Made by a program: the position numbers and the translations under genes
NCBI GenBank assembly: GCA_964106915.2
Contig: OZ066920.1
Strand: one strand, 5' to 3'
DNA from: Podarcis gaigeae
Taxonomy: Eukaryota
DNA length: 64,000 nt
The notes under the pieces: generated by a model
Database searches by the model: none
Seen by the model: only the letters and a program-made list of their open reading frames with translations
What the model was told of the DNA's origin: nothing
Shown: piece after piece, positions 1-12,652 of the stretch
Numbering within the stretch: position 1 is the stretch's first letter
Layout of the letters: the number at the start of each line of letters is the position of its first letter

Positions 1-1208
1 TTGGATTATCAATTGATGTATTTCACCACAAACGTATATGCTACAAAACACTGACGCAAGGACTAAAATCAACGATTCCCAAACAGAAGACACCAGGAAA
101 GATCAACATAAACAGAAAATCTTGACACAATTTTTAGATTCCAAATACAGAACTTATTTGCAACACATTTGCAACAACCAGATTGACATCTATGGTAGAA
201 CAAAGAAGACATTGACCTTGTTCACAAATGACACTGGGCCAAACTAGGTCTCAGTGCAAACCTCTCTGTCTTTTTAGTTTGGTGTAGCATGACAGCTAAG
301 TTAAAAGGTTTTTTGGGCTACAGACCCAAAGGAGAGAGCTTGTATACAATCCTGAGTTTGATGACACAGTAAGTCAAACATTTCTGTGCCGAGCTAAAAG
401 GACTGGGGAGGAGCAATGTGGGTGCAAGCTCCTCTCTGGGAGCCAGCATGTTCACATACGCCTGGTAAGCTACAGTTTGGCTCATTGTAAGGCAGAGGGA
501 TTCAGACAGCTCAATATACTATGTGAGTTTAGATGAAAAATCTGATATATAACTCATGACTATTATTGCTGACGGGTAGTTGCATCATTGTGAAAGAACT
601 TAATAATTGTGACATTGTTTTTCTACGTGTACATGTAGCACTCCGAAGAAAGGAAACCCACAATAATATAACATTAAATCAGATTCACTTCTATTGTCTT
701 AATCCAGAGGAACTAAAGGAACACCAAGATGCTTCACTCTGAATCAGGATATGCATGCATGAATCAAGTTGCCGGATGCAGCTAAATACTTACCTTTCTC
801 TACCTACGATATAAATTTCTTTTGATTACCTCATGACCCCCATTTGACTATAACACTGGAAAAAAAATTACTTGTTGGGACAACATCACTATATATAAAA
901 CACAGTTTTTATTACAAGAAATAGATTGTTGACTTCCAAAACAGACAAGCTTCTAAGCAATATCAAGCAATGCCTGTGGAAAGATGTTTTATTCACTTGT
1001 CTCCAATGCAACATCAGAAAAATAGAGTTCAGGATATGAAGCTTTATTTTTTAAAAAAAAAAACATGCTACAGGTGCAAGTGAATGAAAATCCATCTCCA
1101 GTATCATTCTTACATTGCAGAAATGTGACAACAGTATAAGCAAGCAAGTTCAAATTAGCATGTTATCATACCTTTGTAGGAATGCACAGCATACGCAAAA
1201 CACAGTAC

Positions 1209-1312
1209 CTGGAATGCAGATCTTTTTGGAGCTTCTTCCTCTTCTTCTTTTTCTTCATCTTCCTCTTCTTCACTGTCCGTCTCAAACAAATAATAATCTC
1301 CACTTCTGACCA
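1209..1312 (-). CDS. PIEZO2: PIEZO2 exon 34 (104 nt, latch)
   Basis: cttag|TG GTC..TTC CAG|gtactg; MVRSGDYYLFETDSEEEEDEEKEEEEEAPKRSAFQ; phase 1-0. Confidence 0.95.
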
Positions 1313-4264
1313 CTAAGCAAAATAAAATATTTGGTTTTTTTTTTTATTTCTTGCAGGAGGCCGGGAGATCCCTCATTAGCTCTATCCCGAGCCACCACAA
1401 AAATACATGGAAGCATTCTGTGATTGTGGGACTCAATGAAGGACAGGTAGAAGTGGAGAGAAAGAAAGAGATAAAGAGAATTTGTGGCAGGAAAATCATT
1501 TGGTGTTTGCAGGCATGAAAAAAGAATAAGTGTACGTTTTCACAGGGAAAATATAAAAAAAATAGTAAGAAGAAACCGGACAGATACAATGCAAAAAGAG
1601 TTGGCAAGGTATTACTAAAAATGTGCAGTATTATTCTTAAAAAGAAAAAAATAGTTTCCATTTTGCCAGTTTGAGAAATCCTAATTCTATTGGGTATCCA
1701 GGGAGTAAGCTAAATTTAAAATTGTATCACTGGAGGAAAATCAAAATCAAAATATAATGCTGTTAGAAGTGTTCAGGCATCCCATAGCATTTGCTTTTCT
1801 TTTACTATATTCTTCAAGTTTAAACAGAGAAAATAGAAACAGCACGGATGAATGATCATAACTACACATTGATTTTTCCCTGTGGATTTAAAACAGTTCA
1901 GAGGCCTCCATATGTTCAAGATGTGATGTGAATGAACTGGGCCTTATATCCTTGAACAGAAGCACAGTTTTTAAAAACTTCAAATAAGCTAACAGGCCTA
2001 ACTTGATCAAACAAGAGAAACAAAGGACATGAAAAGAAAAATAATAAGCAAGATAACATAAAAGCCAGCATTACATTTGCCAGAGAAGGCTATTAACATA
2101 ATATCTGTAAATAAATTAAAAGCCCTTAGTATAGTTATAATAATAAACCTACCTAGCAATAGATAGAATTACATTCAGCAATACATTTTACCCTCATTAT
2201 ATAACATTCTTGTTCAATCATACCTGACCCTCTGTTTTATCTCAATTATATACTGAAGCCATTTTCGTATTAGCACTTTATCTTGAGGCAGGAGTAAAGT
2301 AAGAGTTATGAATTCTCCCCTATCTTACCTGCACTGGAGAAAGTTACAGGATGGAAGGTCATATTACTTGCCACTATTTGAGATGACGACTTGCCCCAGT
2401 TCTGAACCTCAGGCACCAACCTTCCCATTAGGGGAAAAGGTGGAGTATAAATGATGATGATAAAAAATAAGCTTTAAAGCTAATAGTGACACTCTTCATT
2501 TGTTCTGGTATAAGCACTAATGGCAAAAAAACCCCATTAAAATACCATCTTCTACTTCTTCTTCTTATTATTGTTATTAGTAGTAAACTGCCCTTCATCT
2601 GTAGATCTCAGGACAGTTCACAACATACAAATTTATTATTTAATATAATCTCTCACAGAATAGTGTCTCCCAGGACAGAGTTACTTTATACTGGGGGAAA
2701 GCAATGCAGATCAATGTTTTTTCTTGGGTGTTTTCAAAACAACAGGCCCTGGCATTACCACTAGTGAACCCTATATAACATTTAATTGTTGAGATATGAA
2801 GGGCATGTGGCATGATTAAACTGCAATAATGCACCCTTGCAGGTATGAATTAGGATGGTGGTGAATGAACCAATTGAAAACAGTAGCCATTTTTTCAAGA
2901 GGATCAGACCTCTCCACCCACAGCCCACACTTCCTCCAGAAGAAAGTTAACAATTCTTCACATCAGTTTAATAGATTAATCAGAATGGTGGAAGCACAAT
3001 GAGGAGGAAAGCACAATATTATTTTCTTCTCACCACACTGATTTTTGCTGTTATTTTAGAAACTATCAGGTAGAGACAACTGTGTGAGAAAGCATGTTTC
3101 TAGCCCCATGCCTTCCTTGGAGGAAGTGAAGCCCTGAGGTACAGAAGTAAAAGATAGTGATGCAGATAAAACACATTTTAGAAGTCAATGTGATGCTACA
3201 GGACACTTTGAATACTATATTACAACATTAAGCTATAAAAAGTACATGGCTCATTCAACTACACAAGCTACTGTCCTGAAACTGAACTATTGTTTTAGAA
3301 AGACAGAGCTAGTGAGTAGGAATCATTTTCAGGGCTTGGCTGTATGGTGCTGTTCACAACACGTGCGTGCATTATTGCAATAGGTACTGTGCATCTATTT
3401 CCTAAAACATATAATGAGAGTAAAATGAGTAGGCAATACTGAATTAGAATTGGAATAATTTAACAAAAGTTGCATGGCTACAGGTCTGTCTCACACAGTG
3501 GATTATTGCAGAAAACAGTGGAATTGTGCTATTCTCTGTTTTCTGCCTCAACTGATCCACTGCAAAAGATAACCTGGGAGCCTGCTAGTCTCCGAGTCAT
3601 TCTCACCATGTTAATTTCAACAATTATTCTGTAGCATCAAAACTAATTAGAATTAACAGAGACCATATCCAGGTCCATTCTGAACAGCTATACCCTCAAA
3701 ACACATTATTTGCAATGATTTCTCTGAAAACAAAGTAATTTGTCTTCAGTAATAATTAATTTCCTTTCAGCAACTTTGAAAAAAGGATAGGTCTCTACAT
3801 TATCATCCTGCCCTTTGTAAACAGAAATATTTAACTGTATATCTATAGGCACAGTTTACTTGTGACTTGACAGAAATCAACATTCAAAATCTGGATAGCT
3901 AGATAGATACACATATGCATAGATACACAAATAGATACTACAGTTACACGGATGCATAGATATGCATGCATAGAAACTACATATATGGCTGGAAGGGCAA
4001 AATGTATTTTAAAGCTGGGTTGAAAAACAGAAAACCATATGTACGTTTTGGACATTTTAACTTTGCACTTCAACCAATTCCATTAAGATATATAGCATTT
4101 AGCAACACTTAAACTACTTATCTTGTGTGCCATTGCATTCATATAACTATCAAGTCACAATTATAAAACCATGCATAAAACAAACAGGTCTTGGGAATGC
4201 CTTCATTCTGGTCAAGGATATAAGGGTTAAATTCATGTATTTTAAAAATTATTGAAAAACCTAC

Positions 4265-4336
4265 TAGAAGCATGATCAACCCAAGGCCGCCACCACTGCT
4301 TTTTTTTGCCCTTGGCTTTCTCTTTGTCTGCTTCTC
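4265..4336 (-). CDS. PIEZO2: PIEZO2 exon 33 (72-nt cassette exon, lateral plug)
   Basis: tttag|GA GAA..TCT A|gtaggt; GEADKEKAKGKKKQWWRPWVDHAS; phase 1-1, 24 codons. Confidence 0.94.
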
Positions 4337-5578
4337 CTAAAATGAAATATGTCCAAAAATTAATTTTAGAAAGTGAGAAACACATTACTACTTATATTTT
4401 CTCTTTCTAGTAGCTCCACACTTTGTAAGAATTGATCCAATTCTAATAAACTCAAGAAAAACACCACCACAAATCAGGCATTTATTTATTGTTGTTAATT
4501 AGCTGATCAATAGCACATGGTCATTTTTATATGCTGTTAAACTTGAATTTTACTTCAAATTAGAAGAAATTCAGGGAATACTAACTCCCCCCCCCCCCCC
4601 ACAGAGGCTTTTCACATTTCACATTCAGAAACATGGCTGCCTTTTTTGTTTTTAAAATAAGAGACACAGTACTTTGTTGTGCAGTAAACCCCCCACTAAA
4701 AAAAATGCTGATACAAGATATTTGAATAGATTTCACAGATTTAAGACTTTTGGCAGGGTGTGTGTGTGTGTATATATCCCATAAAGGCTTTGAGGAGACA
4801 CTGTGCAGTATCACTGTGTAAACTCTGGGCAAAGAGAAAAACACACACACTAACAATGGATTGTATCTAAGTAAGTTCTATTCAGAGTAGAGCCGTTTAT
4901 AAATTAATGGACCTAAATTAGTCAGGCCCATTGATGTCATTGGTTGGACAATGAGTACAACTAAATTGGATGTAACCCAATTTATGGGAGGGAAATTGGA
5001 GGGAAATTGTGTCATCAGTGCGAGTGGGGAGTAAATTTAGTTTTTTTAAAAAACAATCAGTATTTGATAGCTACTTAATATGAAATATGAATTCAAATAT
5101 AAATCTGCAATGAATTAAATTTTATTACATATAAACTGAAATATAAGGGCGATTGAAAACAGTAACAACCATTTTTTTCTGAATTCCAAAAATATAATTC
5201 ATTCATTTTGAATTTGTTTGTCTACTGTACTTTAGTACTCTAATCCAAAATCCTGGATTGTCTCACATTTATTTCAGTGAAAGGGACAATCATGTGACTA
5301 CAGATCTCAGGTTGTTTTTCCACTAAAGTAAATGGGAAGGGTTAGTGAGCTGCATTTGTGCCCTAAGACATCAATCCTATGCATAGATATTTTTGGAATA
5401 AGTCCCATTGAACACAGTGAGATTTACTTCTGTGTAAATATGCATAAGATCAGGCTGTGATCAGGCCCTTTCTTTGAATGGCTGGATTGCATATAATAGT
5501 TCCCTACACACATTCTTGCTGATATTGCCAAGGTCCAAGCAATTAATACCAACACTGGATATATTGAAGGAATAGTAC

Positions 5579-5700
5579 CATCATCATCTTCTTCAGGAGC
5601 CTTTTCAATTGCTTGCCCATCTGAGGTTTCTTGGTTCATGCTCAACACCCTTTCTTTACCCTTTTTATATTTTTGTTGCCTGGCCTTGATACGATCCATT
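5579..5700 (-). CDS. PIEZO2: PIEZO2 exon 32 (122 nt, beam end)
   Basis: ttcag|A ATG..GAT G|gtacta; MDRIKARQQKYKKGKERVLSMNQETSDGQAIEKAPEEDDD; phase 2-1. Confidence 0.95.
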
Positions 5701-7157
5701 CTGAAAAAGCAAATTTTACATTGTCAGAGTCACAGAACAATCTTTGTGCATATGCAGTGCAAATGCTTTCAAAACCATCACAATGTATTCTTACTGCATT
5801 ATTCCCCACCCCAATCCTTGTCACAAAGGCTAGTTATATAGAGAGGCCATGTATCATTGTATACAATGGGGTTGTGTATGCCGGGACTGTTCTTTAAACC
5901 ATGCCACCTCCTAGTTCTTTATACTGATAATCTGCATATCAACACTAAATTTTATTATGAAAAGAAGAGTGGGGTTGGTCTCCCTAAACAATAAGCAGAA
6001 CAAAAATACCTTATGCCCATACATTCTCTAGAGACTGTATATTCATTGCAACAATACACAATTAATTTTTCATTAACTAACTTGTTTGTTCTTGTTATTT
6101 ATCTTAAACAATCCCCTTACACACTGTTTTCCTCTTCTGATCCATTTCTTTTTTCTCCTGTGCCACCCACATTTCCAGAGCAAGAGCAAAACCAAAACTA
6201 ATCTTCCAAAACTCTTATCTTGTATAATTTTGTCAGCTTGTGTAATTTACTCTGGACAACAAAACGGATTTTTAATTGCAGCAAACACACAAATTTGCAT
6301 CACATACGCAAAAGCCATAGTGCCTCTTATTTATGCTCCTGAGAGATGGATGATCTAGTTGCCCAGGCCCTTTGTCTTGTCATGGGGAGCAAAGTGGAAT
6401 CAATCCTGGAGAAGAGACCAATTCCATGGATCATGCAAGGCCTTCCCCTTGGAAGGGGTGAAGTGTTGTGCATTAGTTGGGGTAAGTAAACTAATGAGCA
6501 CATAAAGACTTCTTTAAGGGCTAAACTATTCAGGCTTTGGATACCAGTAAATGCTGAATCCATGAAGGGGTTAGCAAGATGAAGTGGGTTAGTTATGCCC
6601 CCCCTAGACATGGGTATGTGCACTGACCACACCCAACACAACTTGTGCAATGTAAAATCCAGTAGTTTCTTTCCTGAAGTCAATAGCAGTTTTAAGGGAA
6701 GGGGAAATCTTATCAGGACCAGGACATAAAGACCTACTGTGATCTGAATTGGGCTTCCCCCATTATTCCTACTTTTAAGAAAAAGAAAAGAGATGAAGTA
6801 TGTTCTAACCATGCATTTACACAACATAATTTGGCCCTAAAATGTTAAAGATACTGTCCCAAGTCAGATGCAACGTTCCCAGTTTCCAAATCATAGTTTA
6901 GCAAGCCAGGAATGAGCACTGAGCTTATCAACTTCCTTCCTTGCATTCTTCCTTTGTCTACCACCTAAATGTGCTTAGTTTCTTGAAATGGGGAGCTGTG
7001 AGTTAGTTTACTAACTAGCAGTTTAAACCACATTCTAAGGACATAAATGCCTACGGTGTAAATTTTATAAGGTTAGTGAAGTGGTACTATATTCTAACCA
7101 ACTAATCTAGTAGCAAATTCACTAGAGTTAATAGTTAATCCCTCATAAAAGCGAAAT

Positions 7158-7217
7158 GGCATTGCAGGGGGTTGGACTAGATGACCCCTGGGTCCTTTCC
7201 AACTCTAAGATTCTAAG
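7158..7217 (+). mobile_element. CR1-type 3'-end fragment
   Basis: GGGTTGGACTAGATGACCCCTGGGTCCTTTCCAACTCTAAGATTCT; ends about 17 nt from the exon 31 donor. Confidence 0.75.
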
Positions 7218-7234
7218 AAGAAAGAAAGGCATAC

Positions 7235-7324
7235 TGTCTTTTCAGCTGATCCATTGATTTTTTCTCTTCCTCAATTCTTGCCTTTACAGCTTTCACAATT
7301 GTGGCCTGGAAAAGTTCAGCACCT
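7235..7324 (-). CDS. PIEZO2: PIEZO2 exon 31 (90 nt, beam)
   Basis: tacag|A GGT..AGA CA|gtatgc; GAELFQATIVKAVKARIEEEKKSMDQLKRQ; phase 2-2. Confidence 0.95.
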
Positions 7325-7811
7325 CTGTAAAAAAGAAAACAATTCACCAGTTCCCCAAATGTGGGTCAAAGCAATGCAACACAAAACTAAACATGTATAT
7401 AGCATCTGTGTTCACATGTCATAGTTCAGCATGTCGTGCATGAGCTGTAGGGAGCCTCACAGCCCTCCCTTCCCCTATCTTCTTTCTTGCACGCAGCTGA
7501 GAGGAAGCATTCAGAAGTTTTTTTTGCTTTTGGCTAACTTCAGTTTATCATGTGTCTGAAGTAGCAATCAGAGGTTAACTAACTACAGTATAGTTAACTT
7601 TTTTAAAAAAGCCAACTTCTTATAGCCAAATGAACCCCATGGTTTCTGAAAGTGTTTTTTAAAATAAAACAAAAAAAAACCCTAATCATAGTTATTGTTA
7701 ACCACAATTCTGGATCCAGACAAGTTGACTTAAAATAGAAGCAAAAGCTTCTGAACTCCTTCTCTTGGCTACAAGGGAGAAGAGCAAGGGGGGGTGGGGA
7801 GCACTCAAGTA

Positions 7812-8035
7812 CAGCCATACCTTGGAAATCAAACAGAATCCGTTCCAGCAGTCCATTAGACTTCCAAGACGTTCGAAAACCAAATTGCAGCTTCTGGTTG
7901 GCTGCAGGAAGATCCTGCAGCCAACCAGAAGTCATGGAAGCCCTCTCGGATGTTTGGGTTCCAAAAGAATGTTCGCAAACCGGAACAATCACTTCTGGGT
8001 TTCTGGCATTTGGGAGCCAAAAAGTCCGAGTTCCA
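7812..8035. mobile_element. Tc1/mariner-type MITE remnant with internal palindrome
   Basis: Starts TA|CAGCCATACCTTGG; perfect 19-bp inverted repeat at 7891-7931; second TIR not clear. Confidence 0.6.
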
Positions 8036-8165
8036 TTTATGCATGCACAGTTATTTTTACTGCTTTCTAGTAAGATGCAGGCCAGACAGCTTGCCCCAGA
8101 ATGTAGCTAGAGTTGCTATAGTATATGGATCTATATAAAGATTTAAACAAAATGCTTCAGTTTAC

Positions 8166-8328
8166 CTTGATGCCAGAATCTGTGAAGCTTTAATATCTGC
8201 AACCACATGAAGGAAGTAGTAACTCATGAAGACTCTTCTTTGCAGCAGGAGAAAGGCAAAACAAATGCTATCCCAAATGATTCCTGCCTCCCCACTGGGT
8301 AGTTTGCAGTCTGGATTTTTATCTAAAG
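8166..8328 (-). CDS. PIEZO2: PIEZO2 exon 30 (163 nt)
   Basis: atcag|CT TTA..TCA AG|gtaaac; PLDKNPDCKLPSGEAGIIWDSICFAFLLLQRRVFMSYYFLHVVADIKASQILASR; phase 1-2. Confidence 0.95.
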
Positions 8329-8598
8329 CTGATGAGAGTAAACAAAATTCCTGAATAGTAAGCAGTATTGTATTATATTCTGCAATATTTGTTTTTAAAA
8401 GGTTAAAGGGTGCAAAATGGTCAAAGAAAACTTGGGCTCGATTTCTTCCCTTCTCCAGGTTTCCCCAAGTGAGGTGTAGCAGATGGTTATTGGGTAAAAA
8501 GTCTTTGGGGCTATAGAGAGGCTAGCCTGGCACCCACTCAGTTTTCAGAACTAAGTAATCACTTTAAAAAAAAATGTCCCATGCCTTTTAAACTCTTA

Positions 8599-8722
8599 GG
8601 GCTGCATCCAGTGATAGTCCTAATCAGAGTAGACCCATTGAAGTTAATGAATATGACTAACTTAGCTTCATTAATTTCAATGTGTCTACTACTCTGAGTA
8701 GAACTTAGTCGGATATACAACA
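8599..8722. repeat. Palindromic MITE-like repeat; second copy at about 4858-4978
   Basis: CAGAGTAGACCCATTGAA..TTCAATGTGTCTACT..CTCTG fold-back. Confidence 0.6.
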
Positions 8723-9672
8723 CTTAATCTTTTCATTCTAAAATTTGTGGAATTTATTACTTGGAGTCACTGACTAGTATTTATTATAGTGATGTTACCT
8801 GTATAATATTTTATTGTTTTATTAATATTGTAAACCACCTAGAAAACTTTATAATTTATGATGTGTTGTAAAATTTATATGCTACCCAATAAGAATACTT
8901 CACAGAGGTGTGTAGGAAGAAGGAAATTTTCTTCTTAATGTGCCCCTACATTTTAAACCCTTTAGGTTTCAAGGCATTTGTGGCTAAAACACTTATTTTT
9001 CTGCTTTATTCCTCACCGGTTCATGTACACACTGATATTTATGCGGCCAGAAGCCATCTATGGTGGCTGTAAGACTAGCAACTCTAGTTATACTGAATTG
9101 ATCAGTATTTTGTGAAAGGAACAATAGCATGCAAAACTAAAAGTGTTATGCAGCAATCAAAACAAGATGCAGAAAAAAAGAATGCAATGTAGAATGCCAC
9201 CTAAGATGCCACAGGAATAATGGGGAGTACAGACAGTTGGTAAAACAAGTAGGGAATCTAGAGATCTGACCCTAGCAAACATCACCACCACATATTGGCT
9301 TTGGTACAATCTTTTGCTTCATAAGTACTACTATCAAAAAATACAATGAACTATAGCCATCTTATTGTAAGTGGAGAAGATCACTATTGTGATATATACT
9401 ACCATCGTGCTATCTTTTAAGAAAAAAGGCATTTCCCATCAAATGTTTCTCATTATAGTTTTCAAAAAAACTCCAATTCTATCCATTTTAATTTAAGAAG
9501 TTGAATTATATCTATGCTTAATGTATTCAGATATTCATTTCTCAGCATCAAAGCAACAAAGGAAAAACAAAATAAATGGCAACAGCTTTTGAAATAATAG
9601 CTACTTAAAAGCTATTTAAGTTTCACTAAGACTTTAAGATTATTGCAAAGGAATTTTGATGTCTATACTTAC

Positions 9673-9769
9673 GAATTTTGTAACCCTTAACTGTACAGGC
9701 CAGGCTAAATGTCTGAATCACCCAACAACTGTTCTGAATTAATGACTCGATGTAGCCACATGCGCCTAT
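9673..9769 (-). CDS. PIEZO2: PIEZO2 exon 29 (97 nt)
   Basis: tgcag|ATA GGC..ATT C|gtaagt; IGACGYIESLIQNSCWVIQTFSLACTVKGYKI; phase 0-1. Confidence 0.95.
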
Positions 9770-9962
9770 CTGCAATACATAGATGGATATATTAAATCTC
9801 AGGATGACAAAACAAAAACAATGTTGCAATTAAAGTGAAAGTCCATTAGTCTAGCCCACTGCTAGATTGCTCAATGTAAAGCTAAAGAAAGCGCCTCCCC
9901 CCCCCACCCCACTGAAAAGAAGATTGAATGGTATTTCTCCAGGGATAGTCTTCCTTGAAAAG

Positions 9963-10221
9963 CAGCTCCTGCCCACCTAGCAGTTCAAAAGCATGTCAAT
10001 AGATAAATAGATAAATAGGTACCGCTCTGGCGGGAAGGTAAACGGTCTTTCTGTGCACTGCTCTGGTTTGCTAGAAGCAGCTTAGTCATGCTGGCCACAT
10101 GACCTGGAAGCTGTCTGCGGACAAACGCTGGCTCCCTTAGCCTATAGAGCAAGATGAGCGCCGCAACCCTAGAGTTGTCCGCGACTGGACCTAATGGTCA
10201 GGGGTGCCTTTACCTTTACCT
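9963..10221 (+). mobile_element. Sauria SINE, 5'-truncated
   Basis: Same core as the 24532 copy; (ACCTTT)n tail. Confidence 0.85.
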
Positions 10222-10703
10222 ATAACTGTTTTACTAGGGTTTTCCACTGCAATAGTTTACCACTTATTTTTTCTCTGATATAAAAGTAAGATAAAACTAA
10301 GATTTTTTAAAAATTAATCAAACCTCACTCCATGGTCCATTCTACAAGCTTTCCCTTCTCTCCTTTGCATGAAATAGTGCCCATCGAAGGCACATACAGT
10401 GCATAGCTGACCTCTACTATCTTGTATGGTAAATATCTGGGAGCAAGTGGGATCCTTGCAACAAAATGCTGCAGTGCATCAACAGCCCCTAATAAGAGCT
10501 CTTCTGTTCTGGCTGTGGCAAATAAGAACAGTGTTTATAGCGGTATTTAAAACAATATCTAAATACTGAATACATTTCTTTGATTTGATTTTTTATTTAC
10601 CGGTATATATTTCTCCTGCTGAAACCACAAAGGGCTAGAAAAACAGTGCCTCCAATCCAGAGGTAAATATTAATAGGGTTTGGACTTATAATGAGACACT
10701 TAC

Positions 10704-10947
10704 CGACAATATGTTTTTCATTGTAATCACAAAGACATTATATGCTATCAGCCAATCCCAATAGCGAAGAATGCTTCTGATAGGCTTGAGTAGCAAATCT
10801 CCTCCAAAGAGCAGGAAATAGAAACAAGCTACCAAGTAGCCCATACAAAATATACTGATCCGAGTGGTTCCTGTTATGAAGATGATGGTTAGGACAAACC
10901 AGAAGAGGTAACTGAATGTTATCACTTTACCCATATCTAGGTAAGAT
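10704..10947 (-). CDS. PIEZO2: PIEZO2 exon 28 (244 nt)
   Basis: tgcag|A TCT..TTG TCG|gtaagt; SYLDMGKVITFSYLFWFVLTIIFITGTTRIS..MKNILS; phase 2-0. Confidence 0.95.
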
Positions 10948-11008
10948 CTGCAACAAGAGAATACAGGAGTGGAAAATGTTAAGCATCTATTTGTTCCATT
11001 CATAGGGT

Positions 11009-11020
11009 TTGTGTGTGTCT

Positions 11021-11056
<36 letters not shown>

Positions 11057-11068
11057 GAGAGAGAGAGA
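11009..11068. repeat. (GT)n(GA)n microsatellite
   Basis: Direct reading. Confidence 0.9.
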
Positions 11069-11538
11069 ACAAACAAGCTACTTGCTCTTGTTAACTGTTT
11101 GGGGTGCCTTTCATTTTGCTGAAATGACTACCTGTGTGGGTAAAGAAATTTGGCATCATACTATGGTGGCAAATCTTGACTGGCTTGGATCCTAACTGCC
11201 CATTGCCCAAAGTCTGCTCACAGGATGCTCCTACTGGAGGAAGGTGTGGGGGCAGGGAGAGTAGATTTTTTTGCCACTTCAGCCCCTGTCCTCCCTAAAA
11301 ATCAGGAACAGCATGGGAGGTGGTGCTAGGCTGCAGAAGGAAGGGAAATCATTGAAAATTGCCTGCCTGACTTTCACCAGCTGAAGCCTCCCCTAGATCA
11401 GAGTCCTTTCTCCAAGCAAAAGGAGCCTTCTTATTTGTGGAAGGAAAACTAAGTATTTATTTCACAAGATCTATATACTGCTTGACTGCAATAAAACCTC
11501 AAAGCAGTTAAAAGTACTCAAGTCACTGTCTTCTTTAC

Positions 11539-11731
11539 GGAAACACAGGAAGCTGCCTTATACTGAGTCAGATGAATTGCTTCACTTAACTCAGTATCGT
11601 CTACATTGACAGGCTGAAGCTCTCTAGGGTTGCAACTGGACGGTATTCCCAGCCCTACTTAGAGATGCTTGGGAACAGAATCTGAAACCTTCTGCATACA
11701 AGCAAATACTCTACTACTGAGCTACAGCCCT
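11539..11731 (-). mobile_element. tRNA-derived SINE, Squam3-like
   Basis: Minus strand GGGCTGTAGCTCAGTAGTAGAG head and GACTCAGTATAAGGCAGCTTCC tail. Confidence 0.75.
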
Positions 11732-12486
11732 TTTAAAACTTTCCATGGATAACACAACTCTTTTCCTTTATCATAACTCATTAAAGCTTATTAGTAAAAA
11801 ATGGTAAGTCTTTCCATGAGCATCATTATAATCAATGTGTTTCTGCACAGCTTTTATTTTGGAGCCAAGTGGCAAAAGAACAGACGTATACCTTATATGA
11901 GTTCCCAAATGGCACAGTATAATTTATCAATAAATTGATGATTCAGTGACACTAATGCAGGAACTCTGGCTCTTGTCATTTCCTGTGGTTTCTTCCTCTA
12001 TGAGAATATCATGTGTACTATACACTATCTAGTTTTGTTTAGAAAGCAACAAAATCAAAATGCAACAAATCCCATACAATAGGCTTGTCATTCATATGAA
12101 ATGTGTTAGTGTGTGCTTCTCTCCAAAGACCTATATACTTAATATATTCATTTTTCCTTCAAGATATAATGCAACACTGTGTGACTGGCTTCTATTCCTT
12201 GATTGTTTCAGCACCAGCTAATGTACAGTGCAAATTTTCCAGGGCTTATGCTGATCTACATGGCTGTTGCAATGTACACCAACTTTTTATCTTGGGTAAT
12301 AATGATATGAGAAAGCATATTACGTGTCTGATTCCATCAGTGTTGCTCTGCAATTTTGAACAGCATAATTTAGTAGCCATAAAAAGAAAAGAGCACCCTT
12401 TTTCTGAATGTCTGGGAAGAGGACAAATGAACCAGATCTTTAGAAAGATGTATGACCTTTAGAAATATTCAAGATCCAGTTCTTAC

Positions 12487-12652
12487 CGACAATGGATGAA
12501 ATCAGGGACAGGGTTGTGTTGGCTAAATGAAGCTGCCTCAAGATTCATGCAAATCTCCACATTGTCTCCAGCCATGATACGTACAGCAGCCTTGTTCTCA
12601 TCTTCAAATGTTTGCCTTTGTAAGGATGCACATAGCAGCAACATGAAATCAT
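12487..12652 (-). CDS. PIEZO2: PIEZO2 exon 27 (166 nt)
   Basis: gccag|AT GAT..TGT CG|gtaaga; YDFMLLLCASLQRQTFEDENKAAVRIMAGDN..NPVPDFIHCR; phase 1-2. Confidence 0.95.

Noticed and set aside
1335-1452. Plus-strand 90-nt exon-like segment (T-run ttgcag|GAG..CAG|gtagaa), antisense to PIEZO2
   Set aside because: Weak donor, no partner exons and no recognisable peptide; the T-run is simple sequence.
6327-6827. Longest ORF in the track (166 aa, minus strand)
   Set aside because: Intronic, no similarity to PIEZO or TE proteins that I recognise; exons 31 and 32 join in phase without it.
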